This document shows, piece by piece, positions 36,113 to 38,741 of a DNA stretch of 38,741 bases (within the stretch, counting starts at the first letter, position 1; each line of letters opens with the position of its first letter). The stretch is taken from positions 5,928,173 through 5,966,913 of the forward strand of contig NC_068988.1 of the NCBI RefSeq assembly GCF_001194135.2, given 5' to 3'. The position numbers were made by a program, and so were the translations under genes. Source of the stretch: Octopus bimaculoides. Taxonomy: Eukaryota. The notes under the pieces were generated by a model. The model had not been told where the DNA came from and searched no databases. It was given only the letters and a program-made list of their open reading frames with translations.

Positions 36113-36385
36113 TTATAAATCTAATATTCTCCTAGCCTTCCTTAATACCGGTTCCCATATGCTGTTCATATCTGCACTCGGTCTGCTTAGGAAGTTGTTG
36201 TATTGTAGCATATGTTCTGCTTCTTTTAGTTTTCGTATTTTGCAGTGGTGTTCTCTGTCTATTATTTTAGCTTCATCCCACAAGGGGTGGTGGTTTCCAT
36301 TTTCCCATACATGATCAGCTATACCCGATTTATCAATATCTCCCCGTGCCACAGCTTTGCGATGTTCCTCTATCCTTATTTTGAG
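36113..36385 (-). mobile_element. Penelope-like element GIY-YIG endonuclease C-terminal fragment
   Basis: LKIRIEEHRKAVARGDIDKSGIADHVWENGNHHPLWDEAKIIDREHHCKIRKLKEAEHM, matching the R-x-x-E-H, S-x-I-A-x-H and R-K-x-K-E motifs of PLE endonucleases. Confidence 0.88.
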
Positions 36386-36427
36386 GGAGAGGCATATACA
36401 TACACACACACACACACACACACTCAC

Positions 36428-36471
<44 letters not shown>

Positions 36472-36499
36472 ATGTGTGTGTGTGTGTGTGTGTGTGTAT

Positions 36500-36692
36500 A
36501 GCTTAGCGGTATTTCGTCTGCCGCTACGTTGTGAGTTCAAATTCTGCCGACGTCGACTTTGCCTTCCATCCTTTCGGGGTCGATTACGTAAGTACCAATT
36601 ATGCATTGGGGTCGATGTAATCGACTTAATCCCTTTGTCTGTCCTCGTTTCTCCTCTCTATGTTTAGCCTCTTGTGGGCAATAAAGAAATAA
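36500..36692 (+). mobile_element. SINE family C copy (5'-truncated)
   Basis: GCTTAGCGGTATTTCGTCTGCC...GGGGTCGAT...CTTGTGGGCAATAAAGAAATA. Confidence 0.88.
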
Positions 36693-37107
36693 ATTATTGT
36701 TATTATTATCATTGCCTTTGCACAGATTCTAACGCTCGAAATATGCTACGGTGTCAGCTGTTCACTACCAATGAACTAAGGTAACACCTCTTTTTTTTCG
36801 AGAATCTTCTGAAGTGTTCGAGCGGTTCCAAGCAGTGCTGTTTTCTGCATGTGCTCCACTCTTATTGTAGCTCCTATTTGTTCCACGTACTTCTCGAGAT
36901 TTTTGCTCACTGTTCACAGGGATCCGAAAATTATTGGTACTACTACTACCTTTTTCATCGACCACAACTGCTTAACTTAATGACAAGCTGACCTGTCATA
37001 TCTATCGACTTTTCTTTCTTCCTTATCGCATACCTTGTCGTCAGATGGGCATGCTATATCTATGATCCAGCATAGTTTGTTTTCTTTCTCAATTAAGCTT
37101 CCCATTC

Positions 37108-37110
<3 letters not shown>
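36693..37110 (-). mobile_element. R4/Dong-like LINE 3' end (endonuclease C-terminus, 3' UTR, short AAT tail)
   Basis: KENKLCWIIDIACPSD / VVVVPIIFGSL / KNLEKYVEQIGATIRVEHMQKTALLGTARTLQKILE. Confidence 0.88.
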
Positions 37111-37170
<60 letters not shown>

Positions 37171-37215
37171 CATCATTATTGTTGTTGCTGTTGTTGTTGT
37201 TGCTGTTGTTGTTGC
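37110..37215. repeat. (ATT)n/(GTT)n repeat
   Basis: Seen directly. Confidence 0.95.
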
Positions 37216-37679
37216 ACTTTACGTACTTCTTTATCCATTGAAGGAACATGATAATCCACTCTTCAACCAATCTAGACCTATCTTTCTCAGGCAACGAGTT
37301 ATAGCATATCAAATACGACGCAACGATTTGATTAAAAAGGGAAAAGGCTATATTTGCTTTGTCAAATTAACTGAGTCAGAACGAACGATTACGTTACAGA
37401 AAGAATAGAAGAATAGAGTTTATGTAATAAAAACTAGAAACAAAGCAATCATGAAAATATGCATGACACACAGAACATCATAATGACTGCATGGAGCAGC
37501 CTGGATGCCGCGAGTTGCCCATGGCTGATCTAGGATGAGACATGCAATAGATTACCATGATTACTGGTCTTTTCCAAGGAGTGTACAAATAATTATGATA
37601 AAAAAATTTTATAATAGATTTTGCTTGTTTTGCATCGTATCTCCTACAAGTTCCAGAACAGAATTTCCTCTCTCTTCCT

Positions 37680-37727
<48 letters not shown>

Positions 37728-37741
37728 NNNNNNNNNNTCCT

Positions 37742-37788
<47 letters not shown>

Positions 37789-38639
37789 ATTCCCTCTTTC
37801 TCTCACGTTCACAGGACACATACATATGCACACGTCCATTGATATTTCATTTCACGTCATCGTTGTTTTAGTCCATTCATTTAGAGAATAACTTACCGAA
37901 ATGGCTTCATACCACGCATAGCATTCTGTTCTGTTTATAGCTGAGAATTACAATGAACGCTAGTCAATGCCGTCAGATCATATATCCATTAAGCTCCACG
38001 AAAATATGTACAATTACCCCCCGACATATGCATGTAAGTCTCGTGGCGTCTCGCATTAAAATATGGCGTTTATTATTACTATATTTAGCAACCGATATAC
38101 GTACAATATAATACGCTTGCCGTTTCGCTTTGCGTCCGACCAATTTTGATATATTAACAAAATGGTGGCCAAAATCTTTCATTAGACACCGAACGAAAAT
38201 TAATATGTGTCCACGCGTGTGTGTGCATGCGTATATGTGTGTGTGTGCGTGTGTGTGAGTGTGTCAGTGTTTGTGTGTGAGCGTGATGCTTTTTGTATGA
38301 GTTTTTGTGTGAGTTTAACTGTCAGATGTTATTTATGTGCTGAATAAGCTGTTTTAGGATTCTTCTTTTTCTATGGTTTCCTTGATTAATCCCTTATCGC
38401 TGTTTTTCTTGCTGTTTCTTTGATTTTAATATGAATAAAGAGTAGTGGTAGTACAATGGCGTTAACGAATGCAATGCAAGTATTATTTCGAAAAACGCAT
38501 GAATGCCACAGATTTTCAGTTTTCTTCCACCTTACAAAATTACTATTTTTAAATCTCACAACGTGAGATATTCAGCAACAGTACTTTGTAGTAAAGATTG
38601 TTTGCCAACATAAGATGGCTTTTAATATTTTCTTGCTAC

Positions 38640-38741
38640 AGACTGCGGGCAGGCTGGGATACCACTTTGAAGAATTTTGTCGCAAGAAATGAACCCTATT
38701 ATTTATCTATTTCAAGTATGGTACTTATTCTGTCGTTCTCT
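38640..38741 (-). mobile_element. SINE family A 3' fragment, cut by the window end
   Basis: Reverse complement GACAGAATAAGTACC...CTTCAAAGTGGTATCCCAGCCTGCCCGCAGTC. Confidence 0.65.

Overview
AT-rich, repeat-saturated, gapped eukaryotic genomic DNA. The SINE families and extreme microsatellite density point to an octopus (coleoid cephalopod) draft assembly; this is inferred and not proven. The only host-gene coding sequence I can support is the first coding exon (12264-12509, +) of a class A, neuropeptide-receptor-like GPCR (N-terminus, TM1, most of TM2), ending at a perfect AAG|GTAAGT donor. No later exon is recognisable in the remaining ~26 kb. The rest is tRNA-derived SINEs, fragments of RTE, R4/Dong-like, Penelope-like and gag-like retroelements, Tc1/mariner remnants, microsatellites and N gaps. 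The most notable non-coding signals are: a near-intact minimal hammerhead ribozyme with a palindromic stem III (13730-13772, -) upstream of a gag-like ORF remnant; two dead copies of a second hammerhead family, one in a GIY-YIG/tRNA-head/(AAT)n/ribozyme module; a ~70-bp-arm fold-back hairpin; and an AGGTCA DR2 array lying between exact 28-bp direct repeats. No CRISPR array, rRNA or convincing functional tRNA was seen. All alignments were done by eye, and repeat boundaries are approximate.
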